Shown here: piece by piece, positions 62,076-64,000 of the stretch
How positions within the stretch are numbered: the first letter of the stretch is position 1
Layout: the number at the start of each line of letters is the position of its first letter
From: Epiperipatus broadwayi
Lineage: Eukaryota > Animalia > Onychophora
DNA: 64,000 bases
Reading direction: 5' to 3'
NCBI GenBank assembly: GCA_028023455.1
Contig: JAQFVV010000007.1
Coordinates: forward strand, 10,602,001-10,666,000
Made by a program: the position numbers and the translations under genes
Notes under the pieces: generated by a model
The model's database searches: none
Told to the model about the DNA's origin: nothing
The model's input: the letters and a program-made list of their open reading frames with translations, nothing else

Positions 62076-62183
62076 TAATTAGAGGGAATTTGAATTCAGA
62101 CTTTCAAGTTCCCTTAAGTCATCCACTCCATCTTTGATGACTAAAGTGAGCTTGAAAGTCTGGGTTTAAATCCCCTCTAATTA
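62076..62183. mobile_element. 108-bp hairpin MITE
   Basis: taattagagggaatttgaattcagactttcaag...aagtcatc versus gatgact...cttgaaagtctgggtttaaatcccctctaatta. Confidence 0.65.
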
Positions 62184-64000
62184 TAATTGCTGTTTGATAA
62201 CTAATATCTGGAATAGGAACTTTGCTCTTTTTTTAATCAATGTTTTCATGTAATGACAATTGGGAAAACGCAATTTTTTTAAATATATCCAACACTAATA
62301 CCCACCATAAAAATATATAAAGTAATATTTCTTTTATTATCTTTCTGTAATAAATATTTACATGTTAATTTCAGAAAATAAAAAAGAAACAGAATATTTT
62401 GCTGCTTATCCTCAATGAAACAGTAAAAATATTATCCTAAATATAATAGTAAAAGACGAAAAATTTATTTGCTCTTAAAAGAAAACAGAATAGATAAATA
62501 TACCACACTCAAATGATTAGTGATACTGCTGAGCAAGTAGCTGTTGTTATACACATTGATAAAAGCAAATAAATCTCAGGGGAGTCACAATTGAAATTTG
62601 TCGATTTTTCTGACACTGCTATAATTAGTAGCGTCTTTAAATAGAATTTCAAGCATCTGTTAAAATAATTCTCTTTAAGAAATGGTTTAATTAGCTATAT
62701 TTACATAATAATTATGCAAAATATTAAATGATTATTATATTATTGATATTTACAAGCACAAATTTAGTAATTAATTTTCATATTTGGGGGGAGGGGTGCT
62801 GCAGACACCACTGATTATAATACTAAATTTAAATGTAAGTAGCCTATAGTGTAGCAATTTGTAGATTTATCTCCATCGCCCATAATTTGAGGTAAAAATC
62901 TTCAAGTGTAGATAATTTTATCAAATAGTTGAACGTTTTTTTAAATCTAGTGTAGAATACATATTTTTTTGGTAAATATCCAATAAGAAACTTTAATTAT
63001 GTATCTAATATTTATCAGTAAATGGATATCTCAGCTGGAAATTAATAGTTCCAGTTTAGTTTGGGCAGATGGAAGAATAACGCATTGACTGTAAAAAAAA
63101 AAAAAAAATTCGTTCGACCTATGGTTTTGCAAATCATTTTTAATATTTTCATTTCTGATATACAGTGATATATATAAATATATATTTGAAGTTTATTGTT
63201 TTGTAAAATTCTTGTGTATTTTAATTTCTAATGCAGCAATATTGAATCAATCAAGTGTTAATGTTTCTTCATAATGACTTTTTGATTTTTGTTATTAATG
63301 CATTAGATTTACTGCATCTTCAACATCGAAAGGTCAAACATATTCTGAGAATACAAAATATACTTTGATTAAAATCTTAATGAATTTCATTAATAGAAAT
63401 AGTAATCCTTTGGTAATCACCAAGTTTTTTTAGTCATATTTCTCTCCTTGTTAGGATGAAAAAGTGAGAGAACATATTGTTAATAACCTATATAAAAAAT
63501 AGGCTCAGAATCTTGTAACAATGACAGATAATACTATCAAGTTGTGTACTATGTACTCAAGCTATATATATGAATTTAATAATGGTGAGTTATACAATAA
63601 ATATTAAATACTAAAAAGACTAAATCCATGTTTAATATAATAAATTCATTCATAATCATTCTGCAGATGGCACTGCTTTTGTCAAAGCCATTTTGTGTTA
63701 TGGCATTAAGAGATTCCCGATAGTTAAAGTTATTTCTCACAAATATTTACAGTTCTGCAATAGTCCAGCAGGAAGGATTGCTTTAATATTGCCTGTATTC
63801 ATTTCCCTTGTATAGAAATGTATAAATGTTAATGTAATTTTATCCATCTATAAAAAAAGGTATATTTATTGCTAAATAGTGTTCATTCTAACAAGGGAAA
63901 ATTGCTTATATTTTATAAATGATTATTACAATTTGTTTTTGCAATAAACACACTTGCATGCAATATCTAATAATTTTATGTATTCTCAGAAATATTTTTT

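Overview
AT-rich, strongly CpG-depleted metazoan DNA (invertebrate-type by inference) with no host protein-coding exon that I can support. The window is mostly transposon relics: a near full-length decayed L1/Tx1-type LINE (~29450-35620, -), an RTE LINE (~20900-24840, +), an RTE-X-like LINE fragment, a Gypsy-type integrase relic, MITEs and tRNA-Gly-derived SINE heads. The main signal is a dense set of type I hammerhead ribozyme (HHR) elements. (A) A ~456-bp retrozyme-like repeat occurs at 11 or more loci, including a 4.5-copy tandem array at 51130-53198; its HHR consensus is CUGAUGA-A-GGC-CACAA-GCC-A-GAAAC-UA-GUC. Most insertions have 8-15 bp target-site duplications and the same geometry: a sense segment ending at ...GAUGUUUA, plus an inverted segment starting ~45-55 nt inside that end. 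A Penelope-like (GIY-YIG) element at 21989-23464 shows the same geometry, which points to Penelope-like elements as the mobiliser (inference). (B, C) Minimal HHRs lie in Penelope-like terminal repeats at 22-23.5, 50.3, 56.5 and 57.7-58 kb. (D) A fully canonical HHR sits at the apex of a ~265-nt rod at 26825-27090. All coordinates and pairings were read by hand; no folding program or database search was run.
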